Shown one piece after another: positions 20,352 through 29,413 of a stretch of 64,000 bases of DNA; the first letter of the stretch is position 1; the number at the start of each line of letters is the position of its first letter. The notes beneath the pieces are model-generated. The model made no database searches and was not told where the DNA came from. It saw nothing but the letters and a program-made list of their open reading frames with translations. The translations under genes were made by a program, and so were the position numbers. This stretch comes from an uncultured Bacilli bacterium (GTDB lineage Bacteria; Bacillota_I; Bacilli_A; RF39; UBA660): positions 1,402-65,401 of the forward strand of contig CAJTYF010000005.1 of assembly GCA_910583945.1 (NCBI GenBank), read 5' to 3'.

Positions 20352-22259
20352 ATGTTCTTTAATCAAATTCATACTCGTATGCGAGTGGTATTACTAATAG
20401 TTTCTATTTGTTTAGTGTTAATTGTTATTCGAGTGTTTTATATTCAAGTTTTTAAATACGATAAACTTTCAAGTCTAGCAGAGAGTTTATGGAGTCGTGA
20501 ACTTCCTATTACCGCTGATCGAGGAGAGATTCGAGATCGTAATGGAAAAGTTTTAGCTACGAATATTACGACGACTTCTCTTGTTGTGATTCCTAATCAA
20601 ATTAAAAATAAGGAAGAAGTGGCAACAAAATTAGCGGAGATTTTAGGGGTTTCTTATGAAGAAATGTATCGTCATATCAGCAAGAAAACATCGATTGAAC
20701 GCGTGCATCCTGAAGGGAGAAGGCTTTCTTATGAAATTGCTGAGAAGATTAATAATTTAAATTATGATGGGGTTTATTTGGTTAAAGAAAGCAAAAGAGA
20801 TTATCCCTATGGTAATGTTTTATCTCATGTTTTGGGTTATGTGGGCATTGATAATCAAGGGTTATCAGGTATTGAACTTGAATTTGATGAATACTTAACT
20901 GGAGAAGGGGGAGCAATTAAATATTTTTCAGATGGAAAAGGGAATCGTCTTTCTTTGACTGAAATTTATGAAGAGCCTCAAAATGGAATTAATGTGGATT
21001 TAACGATTGATATTGATTTACAACTCGCGGTTGAAAATGAACTGGATAATGTCGTTTCCAAATATAATCCTGAACAAGCACTTATATTAGCAATGAATCC
21101 TAAAACAGGAGAAATATTAGCCATGGCTTCAAGACCAAATTTTAATCCTAATAATTATCAAACATCAAGTATTGAAGTCATTAATCGAAATTTACCTATT
21201 TGGATGACCTATGAACCTGGTAGTACTTTTAAGATTGTAACTTTAGCGGCTTCTTTAGAAGAGAATACGATTAATCTTTTTAAAGATAATTATTACGATG
21301 GTGGTTCCATTCATGTGGAAGGGGCGCGTATTAAATGTTGGAAAGCTGGAGGACATGGGGCAGAAACGTTTTTACAAGTAGTTGAAAACTCCTGTAACCC
21401 AGGGTTTGTCGTGATGGGCCAAAAACTTGGAGCGGAAAAATTATTGAGTTATATTAAAAATTTAGGATTTGGTAGTAAAACAGGTATCGATTTGAATGGA
21501 GAAGCCAGTGGCATTTTATTTTCACTTAATCAAATGGGACCTGTAGAACTCGCTACAACAAGTTTTGGTCAAGGAATTAGTGTGACACCTATTCAACAAG
21601 CAACAGCCGTATCAGCTGTTATAAATGGTGGTATTTTACATAAGCCTTATATTGTTTCAAAAATGACTGAACCTGAGACCAACAGTGTCATAAAACTTAA
21701 TAAGACGGATGAGGGAAAAAGAGTGATTAGTGAAGAAACAAGTAAAATGGTTCGTTTTGCACTTGAAAGTGTGGTGGCTAATGGAAGTGGTCGAAACGCT
21801 TATTTAGAGAATTATCGTATTGGAGGAAAAACAGGAACCGCTCAAAAGGTGAATAATGGCGTTTATATGGTTGGAAATTACATTGTGTCTTTTATGGGTT
21901 TTATGCCAGCGGATGATCCTGAAATTGTTGTCTATGTTGCAATTGATAATCCTAAAGGTATTACTCAATATGGCGGAGTGGTTTCAGCACCGATTGCTAA
22001 AAATGTTTTTAAAGCTGCGATTGATTTATACGGGTTTCCTAAGAGTAGTGATGTCATGCCCAAGGAATACACTTGGTTAGATACTAAATATGTAAAATTA
22101 CCTGATGTGACAGGGATGTCTTTAGAAGAAGCTAAACGTCTTTTAAAAGGATTTAAACTGATTACTTCGGGAAGTGGTGAACAAGTCGTGTATCAAAGTC
22201 CAGAAGGAAATTATTATGTGGAAGAAGGAAGTAAAGTGTCTTTAATGTTGTCTAACTGA
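20352..22259 (+). CDS. class B penicillin-binding protein (PBP2B/SpoVD/FtsI type) with a C-terminal PASTA domain
   Basis: Transpeptidase motifs STFK ('EPGSTFKIVT'), SxN ('ENSCNPG') and KTGT ('GGKTGTAQ'). PASTA-like 'VKLPDVTGMSLEEAKRLLKGFKL'. N-terminal TM anchor. Confidence 0.9.
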   Translation: MFFNQIHTRMRVVLLIVSICLVLIVIRVFYIQVFKYDKLSSLAESLWSRELPITADRGEIRDRNGKVLATNITTTSLVVIPNQIKNKEEVATKLAEILGVSYEEMYRHISKKTSIERVHPEGRRLSYEIAEKINNLNYDGVYLVKESKRDYPYGNVLSHVLGYVGIDNQGLSGIELEFDEYLTGEGGAIKYFSDGKGNRLSLTEIYEEPQNGINVDLTIDIDLQLAVENELDNVVSKYNPEQALILAMNPKTGEILAMASRPNFNPNNYQTSSIEVINRNLPIWMTYEPGSTFKIVTLAASLEENTINLFKDNYYDGGSIHVEGARIKCWKAGGHGAETFLQVVENSCNPGFVVMGQKLGAEKLLSYIKNLGFGSKTGIDLNGEASGILFSLNQMGPVELATTSFGQGISVTPIQQATAVSAVINGGILHKPYIVSKMTEPETNSVIKLNKTDEGKRVISEETSKMVRFALESVVANGSGRNAYLENYRIGGKTGTAQKVNNGVYMVGNYIVSFMGFMPADDPEIVVYVAIDNPKGITQYGGVVSAPIAKNVFKAAIDLYGFPKSSDVMPKEYTWLDTKYVKLPDVTGMSLEEAKRLLKGFKLITSGSGEQVVYQSPEGNYYVEEGSKVSLMLSN

Positions 22260-22328
22260 TGTAAATCTTTTTCCTTCTCGAAGTAAAAAATTCAAACATG
22301 TTGTATAATTTTTATACGAGGTGATACG

Positions 22329-23321
22329 ATGTTAATACTTGCTAAAGCAGCAATGGCTATTATGCTTGGTTTTGTTACTAGTATGATTTTCGGATTTTTC
22401 TTTGTTAAATTTGCTTATCGTAATCATATTGGTCAAAATGTTAGTTTAACGTTAGGGGAAAGACATTTGAAAAAAAATGGTATTCCCACTATGGGCGGAT
22501 TCATTTTTATCGTTCCTGTTTTGCTTTGTTTATTTTTACTTTATATTCGAGGGAGCATCCATCTTAGTCATAATTTATTTATTTTAGTGATCGTTTTTGT
22601 TTTGTATGCCTTTTTAGGTTTTTTAGATGATTTTTTAAAAGTTAAATTTAAAAACAATAAGGGCCTTAGTATTACGACCAAATTTTTAATTCAAATGGGA
22701 ATTGCACTTTTGTTTTTCTATATTTTTATGAAAAATGGTGGGGAACCTGTTTTGTGGATTACTAGTATTGGAATTAGTATTGATATGGGATGGATTTTTG
22801 GTATTTTTATTCTTTTTGTGTTAGTGGGAACGAGTAATGGTGTCAATATTACAGATGGTTTGGATGGACTGGCTGGAGGTCTTTCGGCGATTGCCTTTTT
22901 AGCTTTTGGAATTATTGCGTGGAATACGGGTTGGATGCAAGGGTTTGAAGAAGTAGCTATTTTTTGTTTTTTACTCGTTGGAAGTTTGTTAGGCTTTTTA
23001 ATATATAATAGTCATCCAGCTAAAATAATTATGGGGGATTTAGGAAGTTTAGCTTTGGGAGGTGCTTTAGCAACGGTTGCCATTGTTACAAGGCATGAAC
23101 TGTCATTAGTTTTAGTAGGGGGAGTCTTTGTTGTCGAAACAATTTCCAGTTTTATTCAAATTATCGCTATTCGAAAATTTCATAAAAAAATATTTAAGAT
23201 GGCTCCTTTACATCATCATTTTGAACAACTTGGATGGGATGAAAGAGATATTGTAAAACTGTTTTGGGTCGTAGGCTTTTTACTTGCCATGGCAGCTATA
23301 ACTTATGGTGTTTGGATTTAA
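22329..23321 (+). CDS. mraY: phospho-N-acetylmuramoyl-pentapeptide transferase MraY
   Basis: 'TMGG', 'GFLDDFLKV', 'NGVNITDGLDGLA', 'PAKIIMGDLGSLALGG' and 'MAPLHHHFE' are all canonical MraY. Confidence 0.95.
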   Translation: MLILAKAAMAIMLGFVTSMIFGFFFVKFAYRNHIGQNVSLTLGERHLKKNGIPTMGGFIFIVPVLLCLFLLYIRGSIHLSHNLFILVIVFVLYAFLGFLDDFLKVKFKNNKGLSITTKFLIQMGIALLFFYIFMKNGGEPVLWITSIGISIDMGWIFGIFILFVLVGTSNGVNITDGLDGLAGGLSAIAFLAFGIIAWNTGWMQGFEEVAIFCFLLVGSLLGFLIYNSHPAKIIMGDLGSLALGGALATVAIVTRHELSLVLVGGVFVVETISSFIQIIAIRKFHKKIFKMAPLHHHFEQLGWDERDIVKLFWVVGFLLAMAAITYGVWI

Positions 23322-23628
23322 CTTTTTGCTATGAAAGTCTTGTATTTAAATTCTAATTTGGTTATCCATAAATGTAAGCGTTATTTTTTTGATAGTGCCT
23401 ACTTGGTTTGTTTGACGCTATTCCTTGGCAAGTAAAATAATTTGTGTTAGGAAAGCGCTTTTTTATTAGTTTGTTTTACAAATAAGTAGAACAATCATCA
23501 GTAATAAACTAATAATAATGAATTTAAAAAAGCGATTGTCTTTTCTTATCATCTCTTTCATTTTCTTTTGACATGACATAAATCAATTTTTTTGTTATAG
23601 TAATAATCGATTTTGGAGGTGTTAGCGG

Positions 23629-23847
23629 TTGATACAACTGGAAAAAGCTGAGCGTTTATTGAGTATTGAAGCAAGCATTGCTAATCTATATCAAAAAATG
23701 ATGGACTCGGAAAAAGAAAAAAACATTGACCCTATTTACTATATGTATTTAGAAAGATTAAGAATGACGCAAAAATATGAAAGTCAATTAATACAGGATT
23801 TGTATTCTAATTTAGGGTTGGAAAAGATTTTAAAGATATTTATTTAG
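23629..23847 (+). CDS. hypothetical small ORF; possibly the 5' part of a frameshifted gene (see findings)
   Basis: 72-aa ORF with a TTG start. Its last 37 nt overlap the open upstream extension of the next ORF in another frame. Confidence 0.3.
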   Translation: MIQLEKAERLLSIEASIANLYQKMMDSEKEKNIDPIYYMYLERLRMTQKYESQLIQDLYSNLGLEKILKIFI

Positions 23848-23915
23848 AGGAAGAAAAGAAGCCTGAGGAGTTAGAATTTTATTCTGATTTTTCTATTTCT
23901 ACTCGCTTACAACAT

Positions 23916-24581
23916 TTGATATTAGACTATTTGTATTCAGATATTAAAGCTTTGTGGGAAATCCATTCTCTAGATGACGTATTAATTGAAGATGTTTATA
24001 AATTAAGACAAAATAAACTATTACATGAGAAGGCTCGTTTTGCTTATCTTAATGTGGTTTTTCTTTCCTTTTTACAATTGATTCAAAAAAAGATTCAAAT
24101 GAATTTTTATAAAGAAGAATTTTCTTCTCTTAAATATCGTCTTCTTTTTTCTTACCCCTATTTAGAAAGTCAGATGATGATGGGGAAAATGGCTACTTTA
24201 ACCAATTCTCATGTTTTGCTTTATTTTGCTTTTCGATATGGCTTATCTATTCAAAGTGTAATAGGCGAATTAAAAGAAAATAATGAATCAGATATTAAAA
24301 GGGTTATTAATGATTTGGTGTTTTTTACGCATCAAGAAGATTTTTATTTAGAACGTACTTATTTATTATTAAAGGCTCGATTATTAAATGAAAGTGATAC
24401 GACTTGTACTTATTTAGAAAATTTTATTGGGAGCTTAATTTTTAAAAAAAGTAAAGAAGTAAAAAGAGTACTAGAAGATTTTAAAGAAGTAAAGGATTTA
24501 AGAAGTTTTCAAGTTTCTGATTCGACCAATTCTGGGGCTTATTTACGAAGTTTAGAATTAACTAAAGGAGAAGAAAGTTGA
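23916..24581 (+). CDS. hypothetical protein (its frame is open upstream to 23811)
   Basis: 221-aa helical ORF. No ATG or RBS at its annotated TTG start, and the frame stays open back to 23811. Confidence 0.4.
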   Translation: MILDYLYSDIKALWEIHSLDDVLIEDVYKLRQNKLLHEKARFAYLNVVFLSFLQLIQKKIQMNFYKEEFSSLKYRLLFSYPYLESQMMMGKMATLTNSHVLLYFAFRYGLSIQSVIGELKENNESDIKRVINDLVFFTHQEDFYLERTYLLLKARLLNESDTTCTYLENFIGSLIFKKSKEVKRVLEDFKEVKDLRSFQVSDSTNSGAYLRSLELTKGEES

Positions 24582-24651
24582 CATAGTCTTTTCCTTTTTT
24601 TAATAAAATTTTTTTATTTATAGTATAATGATAATGAGAGGAATGATGCTC

Positions 24652-25743
24652 ATGAAGATTATTGTTTCAGCAGGAGGAAGTGGCGGACATATCTATCCAG
24701 CCCTTTCTATTATTGAGTATTTTCAAAAGCAAGAGAAAAATTTAGAAGTTTTATATATTGGTACTCATAATCGGATGGAAAAAGAGATTGTTCCAAAAAA
24801 GGGGATTCCTTATGAAAAACTCGAAATTTACGGATTTAATAAAGATATTAAACGTGATATTAAAAATGTTTTTTTAATTCGTAAAGCGAAAAAAAAATGT
24901 TTAAAAATTATGAAAGACTTTAAACCAGATGTGGTGATTGGTGTTGGGGGGTATGTCACGTATCCTGTTGTTTGGGCCGCTCATCAATTAGGTATTAAAA
25001 CTTTTATTCATGAGCAAAATAGTCGTCCTGGCAAAGTCAATTATTTAGTCAGTCGCTATGCGGATGTTGTGGGGATTACTTTTAAATCTTCTGAAAGTTA
25101 TTTTAAAAAAGCTAAAAAAGTCGTTTATACAGGTCATCCTTCACTGGATACGCACGTTACTGAAAAATTAGATATTCGCACTTTAGGTTTTTCTAAAGAT
25201 CAACCTCTTGTTTTGTATGTTGCGGGTAGTTTAGGGAGTTCTTCATTGAATCAAAAGATGATTGATTTTTTAAACGGACCTCGAGAAGGTTATAGCATTT
25301 TTTATGTAGTAGGAAGTAATGTTCATTTAGAAGATTTTAAAAGTCAAATTACGAATCATAAAGATTTGAAAATTGTTGATTATTTTGAAGATTTACCTAA
25401 AATTATGAGCGAATGTGAGGTTGTTATTTCTAGAGCAGGGGCAGGAACTCTTTTTGAAATTATTGCTTTAGGCAAAAAAAGTATTGTTATCCCAAGCCCA
25501 AATGTTGCCAATAATCATCAGTATTATAATGCTAAAGAATTAGAAGAGAATAATGTAATTACTGTTTTATCAGAGGAAAAACTTTCTAAGGAAATTTTAA
25601 ATGAACGAATTTTTTCCTTGCTAAAAGATAATTATAAAACTCAAGAATTGAAAAAAAATATGAAACGTTATCAAGAAAAGAAACCTTTAGAAGAAATTTA
25701 TAACCTTGTAAAGGACTTAACTTGTTCTAGTAAAAAAAGGTAA
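24652..25743 (+). CDS. murG: lipid II synthase MurG (UDP-GlcNAc:lipid I GlcNAc transferase)
   Basis: 'KIIVSAGGSGGHIYPALSI', 'VIGVGGYV', 'HEQNS.PG' and 'ISRAGAGTLFEI' motifs. ATG at 24652. Confidence 0.9.
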   Translation: MKIIVSAGGSGGHIYPALSIIEYFQKQEKNLEVLYIGTHNRMEKEIVPKKGIPYEKLEIYGFNKDIKRDIKNVFLIRKAKKKCLKIMKDFKPDVVIGVGGYVTYPVVWAAHQLGIKTFIHEQNSRPGKVNYLVSRYADVVGITFKSSESYFKKAKKVVYTGHPSLDTHVTEKLDIRTLGFSKDQPLVLYVAGSLGSSSLNQKMIDFLNGPREGYSIFYVVGSNVHLEDFKSQITNHKDLKIVDYFEDLPKIMSECEVVISRAGAGTLFEIIALGKKSIVIPSPNVANNHQYYNAKELEENNVITVLSEEKLSKEILNERIFSLLKDNYKTQELKKNMKRYQEKKPLEEIYNLVKDLTCSSKKR

Positions 25744-25774
25744 TTTTTGATAGTATTAAATAAAGGTGGATGGA

Positions 25775-26506
25775 ATGAAAAAGGATAAGAGGAAGAACGT
25801 GAAAATTCATTTAAGATTAAAACCGATTTTAGTTTTATCTTTTTTTATTTTAGTGATTAGTGTTTTTTTCTATTATTTGATGAACGTTCCTATTAAGAAC
25901 ATTTATATTGAAGGAACAACTTACTTAAAGGACAAAGAGATTATTGAGCTTTTAGAAATTAAAAATTATCCTAAACTTTTTAAGTTTACAAGTAAATCGC
26001 TAGAAAAAAAATTAGAAAATTTAGAAATGGTTCAGGCTGTAAAAGTCAGTAAGTCTTTAAATGGCGTTTTAAAAATAAAAATACAAGAAGCTCGACCTCT
26101 TTTTTATAATCGAGGTGATTATTGTTATGTTTTATCGACTGGAGCAACAACGAATAGTTATGATTTTTCAGGTATTCCTTTTTTAGTAAATTATGTACCT
26201 AATCATATTATGGAACGATTTATTAAAGAATTAGATCGAGTTTCTAATGAAAATTTAATGTTGATCAGTGAAATTGAATATGCCCCTAGTCGAAGTGAGG
26301 AAGTAGTGATTGATGATACTCGGTTTTTGTTACGTATGAATGATGGTAATGAGGTTTATATTAATTTAATTAATATTGACAGATTAAATACTTATCCTTT
26401 AATCTATTCTTTGTTTGATGAAAAAGGCATTCTAGAACTTGATTCTGATAATGAAAGAGTTGTATTTCGATCCTATAAGAGTATCGAAGAAAATAGAAGA
26501 GAATGA
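25775..26506 (+). CDS. divIB: cell-division protein DivIB/FtsQ (POTRA domain)
   Basis: Basic N-terminus, a single TM helix, then POTRA-like 'IKNIYIEGTTYLKDKEIIELLEI'. Lies after murG, as in dcw clusters. Confidence 0.75.
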   Translation: MKKDKRKNVKIHLRLKPILVLSFFILVISVFFYYLMNVPIKNIYIEGTTYLKDKEIIELLEIKNYPKLFKFTSKSLEKKLENLEMVQAVKVSKSLNGVLKIKIQEARPLFYNRGDYCYVLSTGATTNSYDFSGIPFLVNYVPNHIMERFIKELDRVSNENLMLISEIEYAPSRSEEVVIDDTRFLLRMNDGNEVYINLINIDRLNTYPLIYSLFDEKGILELDSDNERVVFRSYKSIEENRRE

Positions 26507-26512
26507 TGAATA

Positions 26513-27118
26513 ATGAAAGTAAATTATGATGTTTTAATGCAAAAAGAAATTGAAAAATTTCAAGGTAAAAAAAAGCTTTTATTGCATAGTTGTTGTGGAC
26601 CTTGTTCTTCGGCGGTTATTTTGAGATTAAAGGAATATTTTGATATTACGATTCTTTATTACAATCCTAATATCGAACCTGAAGAGGAATATATTAAAAG
26701 AAAAAATGAACAAAAAAAATTACTTGATGCTTTAGATTTGGGGATTACACTTAGAGATATTGATTACGATCATGACTCTTTTTTAAAAGTTTCTAAACAT
26801 TTAGAAACAGAACCTGAAGGTGGAGCAAGATGTCATAAATGTTATTTTTTAAGGTTACAAAAGACAGGAGAAATCGCTAGAAAAGAAGGTTTTGACTATT
26901 TTGGCACGACTTTAACGGTCAGCCCTTATAAAAATAGCGATGTAATTAATTCAATGGGATTATTGATTGAAAAAGATATGAATTTTGATATTCGTTTTTT
27001 GGTTTCAGATTTTAAGAAAAGAGAAGGCTATAAACAAAGTATTGAACTTTCTGAAAAATACCATTTATATCGTCAGGATTATTGTGGTTGTTTATTTGCA
27101 AAAGATGTCGATTCTTAA
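26513..27118 (+). CDS. queH: epoxyqueuosine reductase QueH (DUF208)
   Basis: 'LLLHSCCGPCSS', 'YNPNIEPEEEY', 'RCHKCYFLRL', 'TTLTVSPYKN' and 'YRQDYCGC' are the conserved Cys-containing QueH blocks. Confidence 0.9.
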   Translation: MKVNYDVLMQKEIEKFQGKKKLLLHSCCGPCSSAVILRLKEYFDITILYYNPNIEPEEEYIKRKNEQKKLLDALDLGITLRDIDYDHDSFLKVSKHLETEPEGGARCHKCYFLRLQKTGEIARKEGFDYFGTTLTVSPYKNSDVINSMGLLIEKDMNFDIRFLVSDFKKREGYKQSIELSEKYHLYRQDYCGCLFAKDVDS

Positions 27119-27265
27119 GAAAAGATGTCTTTTTTTAGTGTATTTTGGTATTTATAATTGATATAATTTGACATGACACGACAAAATGGTACATATTATT
27201 CGTGAAATGACTTTCCAAAAAATATTTACTATAATCTAGTTATAGTAGGAGGAGTCATAGGAAAT

Positions 27266-28396
27266 ATGAAATTAGAGAAGTTTACAAAAGGTAGTAAAAA
27301 AAGAAGTCAGGCTGTTATTTTTTTCGCTATAGCGGTTTGTTTGCTAGCGGCAGGATTTATTCTTTATCGAACGTTTGCGTTTTATGAAGAAAAAAGAGAA
27401 TTTAATGTTTTGCAAGGAAGGATTGGAGATTTTGATTATGATGTAAAGCTTGCAATAGTGGTTGATGGAGAAAAAGTAGATAAAGTACCTGAACGTGGTC
27501 TTTATAGTGTAGTAAGTACATGTAATGAAGGAGAAGCTTCAACTTGGGATTATAATGCTTGGGCACTATCTATAGAAAATATTCAAACGAATACAAAGTG
27601 TAAGGTTACTTTTACTTCAGGACTCAGTGATACAGAGTATAATAAATACATCGAAGCTGGAATTGCATTAAGAAGAAATACGTATCGAGGAAAAGATATC
27701 ACTAGTTATTATAATGATGGAAGTCTTTATACCATGATCAGTGATGGAACGTTTAAAGATATTTATGTAGGGGATTTTTTTAATGTCAATGGCGTAACAT
27801 GGCTTGTTGCGGACATCGATAATTATTTGCATAGTGGAGATCAAGATTTAACGAAACATCATGCAACGATTATCCCAGCAAAGCCATTAATGAATTTGGG
27901 AATGAATGAAACAGATACCACAGAAGGTGGGTATTATAATAGTAGAATGGCTCAAGAAACCTTACCGAGTCTAGTGGCGGCTGATGGAACAATTGGAAAA
28001 GCTTTCGGTGCTCATTTAATCGAGTATCGTAATCTGTTATCAAATCGAATTAATAAAGATACCATTAATCAAAGTGGAGGAAGATGGGTTGGAGCAAGTG
28101 ATGAATGGGGATGGTATTCAAGAAAAGCTGATTTAATGAGTGAAGTGAATGTCTATGGAACAACAGTGTGGTCATCAAGTGGCTATGATATAGGAATAGA
28201 TAATCGTCAGTATGCAATTTTTCAACTAAAACCAGAGTATATTAATAGTTATGGGACAGCAAGATTTCATTATTGGTTAAAAAGTGTCTCTGGTGCGACT
28301 AGGTTTGCTCATGTCGCCGGTAACGGGAATTCCGGCTACACCTGGGATGGCGCGTCCAACGCGTATGGTGTTCGCCCCCGCTTCCTGATCGGTTAA
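27266..28396 (+). CDS. DGR target (variable) protein: N-terminal signal-anchor, C-terminal C-type-lectin-like variable region
   Basis: TM helix 'AVIFFAIAVCLLAAGFILY'. The C-terminus 'YWLKSVSGATRFAHVAGNGNSGYTWDGASNAYGVRPRFLIG' is encoded by the VR, which matches the three downstream template repeats. Confidence 0.85.
   Translation: MKLEKFTKGSKKRSQAVIFFAIAVCLLAAGFILYRTFAFYEEKREFNVLQGRIGDFDYDVKLAIVVDGEKVDKVPERGLYSVVSTCNEGEASTWDYNAWALSIENIQTNTKCKVTFTSGLSDTEYNKYIEAGIALRRNTYRGKDITSYYNDGSLYTMISDGTFKDIYVGDFFNVNGVTWLVADIDNYLHSGDQDLTKHHATIIPAKPLMNLGMNETDTTEGGYYNSRMAQETLPSLVAADGTIGKAFGAHLIEYRNLLSNRINKDTINQSGGRWVGASDEWGWYSRKADLMSEVNVYGTTVWSSSGYDIGIDNRQYAIFQLKPEYINSYGTARFHYWLKSVSGATRFAHVAGNGNSGYTWDGASNAYGVRPRFLIG
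28285..28379 (+). repeat. DGR variable repeat (VR)
   Basis: 95 nt align without gaps to 29692-29786 (TR3). There are 12 mismatches, and 10 of them sit at template adenines. The homology core 'tctctggtgcgact...gcgtccaacgcg.atggtgttcgccccc' is shared with all three TR copies. Confidence 0.9.
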
Positions 28397-28434
28397 TCCT
28401 CAAATCTGACCCCCTTGTGGGGTCTTGAGGATTA
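28394..28434 (+). promoter_or_regulatory. nested GC-rich hairpin immediately 3' of VR (candidate DGR target-recognition cruciform and/or attenuating structure)
   Basis: 10-bp outer stem (taatcctcaa at 28394-28403 pairs with ttgaggatta at 28425-28434). 6-bp inner stem (gacccc at 28408-28413 pairs with ggggtc at 28419-28424) with a 5-nt loop. It starts at the stop codon. No T-run follows. Confidence 0.6.
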
Positions 28435-28455
28435 AAAAGAGAAGGAGGAATTTTG

Positions 28456-29016
28456 ATGAGTGTTGTAAAAAGTAAAAGAAAGCTTTCAACAATGGAGTTT
28501 TTTCATAACGCTCTTTTGTTAAGAAAGAGCGTTACGGAACTTTTGATGCGTGATTTCGGTGTAAAAGGATTCAAGCGAAATATCAAATTTGTAGGAAGTG
28601 TTGAACATTTTGAACCAGAAGATAAAATATTGGTGGAAGAAGTGTTTGAAAAATACAATATGGGTAGATGTTTTGAAGATGAATATCCTGAGTGGTTGAT
28701 TGATAAAGAAAGAGTTTATTTTTTGGATATCTTGCGAAGCTTGATAAAAAATATTGTAAAAGCGAATACAATTTATCCGGTTAATATGAATGAATATAAA
28801 GAAAGAAGAAGTTATCAAAATAATGCCATTGGGGATTGTGAAGATCTTCTTCAAGAAATGCAATATATGATTTCAATTGTTCCAGTCGATGCTGAAAAAT
28901 ATATGCAATATGTAGAAATGATTGAAAAAGAAATTGCTCTTTTGAAAGGGTGGCGAAAAGGAGATAATAAAATTGCCAGTCGATTAGAAAAGAAAAAAGA
29001 AGAGTCGAAAGACTAA
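28456..29016 (+). CDS. avd: Avd-like accessory variability determinant (basic four-helix-bundle-type protein), unusually long
   Basis: Lies between the target and the TRs. Lys/Arg-rich, predicted all-helical. Strong RBS 'ggagg' 8 nt before the ATG at 28456. The assignment rests on context plus composition, not on a motif I can name. Confidence 0.6.
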   Translation: MSVVKSKRKLSTMEFFHNALLLRKSVTELLMRDFGVKGFKRNIKFVGSVEHFEPEDKILVEEVFEKYNMGRCFEDEYPEWLIDKERVYFLDILRSLIKNIVKANTIYPVNMNEYKERRSYQNNAIGDCEDLLQEMQYMISIVPVDAEKYMQYVEMIEKEIALLKGWRKGDNKIASRLEKKKEESKD

Positions 29017-29039
29017 AAATTTGTGGTATGTAGTAGTGG

Positions 29040-29095
29040 TAATCCGTTTCAAAAATATATGAATTAAGTATAATTCAATTTGATACGGATTTTTT
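29040..29095 (+). terminator. long AT-rich hairpin plus T5 after avd (possible terminator or 5' structural part of the DGR RNA)
   Basis: aatccgt (29040-29046) pairs with acggatt (29084-29090). An inner tgaatt/aattca stem is present. Followed by ttttt at 29091-29095. Confidence 0.3.
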
Positions 29096-29132
29096 GTGTT
29101 CAAAAATATTGGATAAAATTTGTAATCTTGGT

Positions 29133-29227
29133 TGTCTCTGGTGCGACTAGGTTTGCTAATGTCAGCGATAACGGCAATTCCAACAATGGCTGGAACGCGT
29201 CCAACGCGAATGGTGTTCGCCCCCCCC
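29133..29227 (+). repeat. DGR template repeat copy 1 (TR1)
   Basis: Shares both ends with the VR. AAY-rich core 'aatgtcagcgataacggcaattccaacaatggctggaacgcgtccaacgcgaat'. One codon shorter than VR/TR3. Ends in C8. Confidence 0.8.
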
Positions 29228-29413
29228 TGATTCGATATGTTCATAGATAGTAAGACTACGAGTCGATATGAAAATATGGAAGGAAATTTTATCCATCCGA
29301 AAGGTAAAAATAAATTTTGATGTTACTAGATACGTCTAGGGTAACTAAAAACAAAATTGATGGAAGATATATTAGTTTTTTTATAGATGTTGGGTAAAGC
29401 TTGTATAGCTTAG

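Noticed and set aside
23466-23552. 28-codon minus-strand ORF (MIRKDNRFFKFIIISLLLMIVLLICKTN) in the mraY-downstream gap
   Set aside because: It has only a weak purine-rich RBS and no conservation evidence. An ORF of this size is expected by chance in AT-rich DNA.
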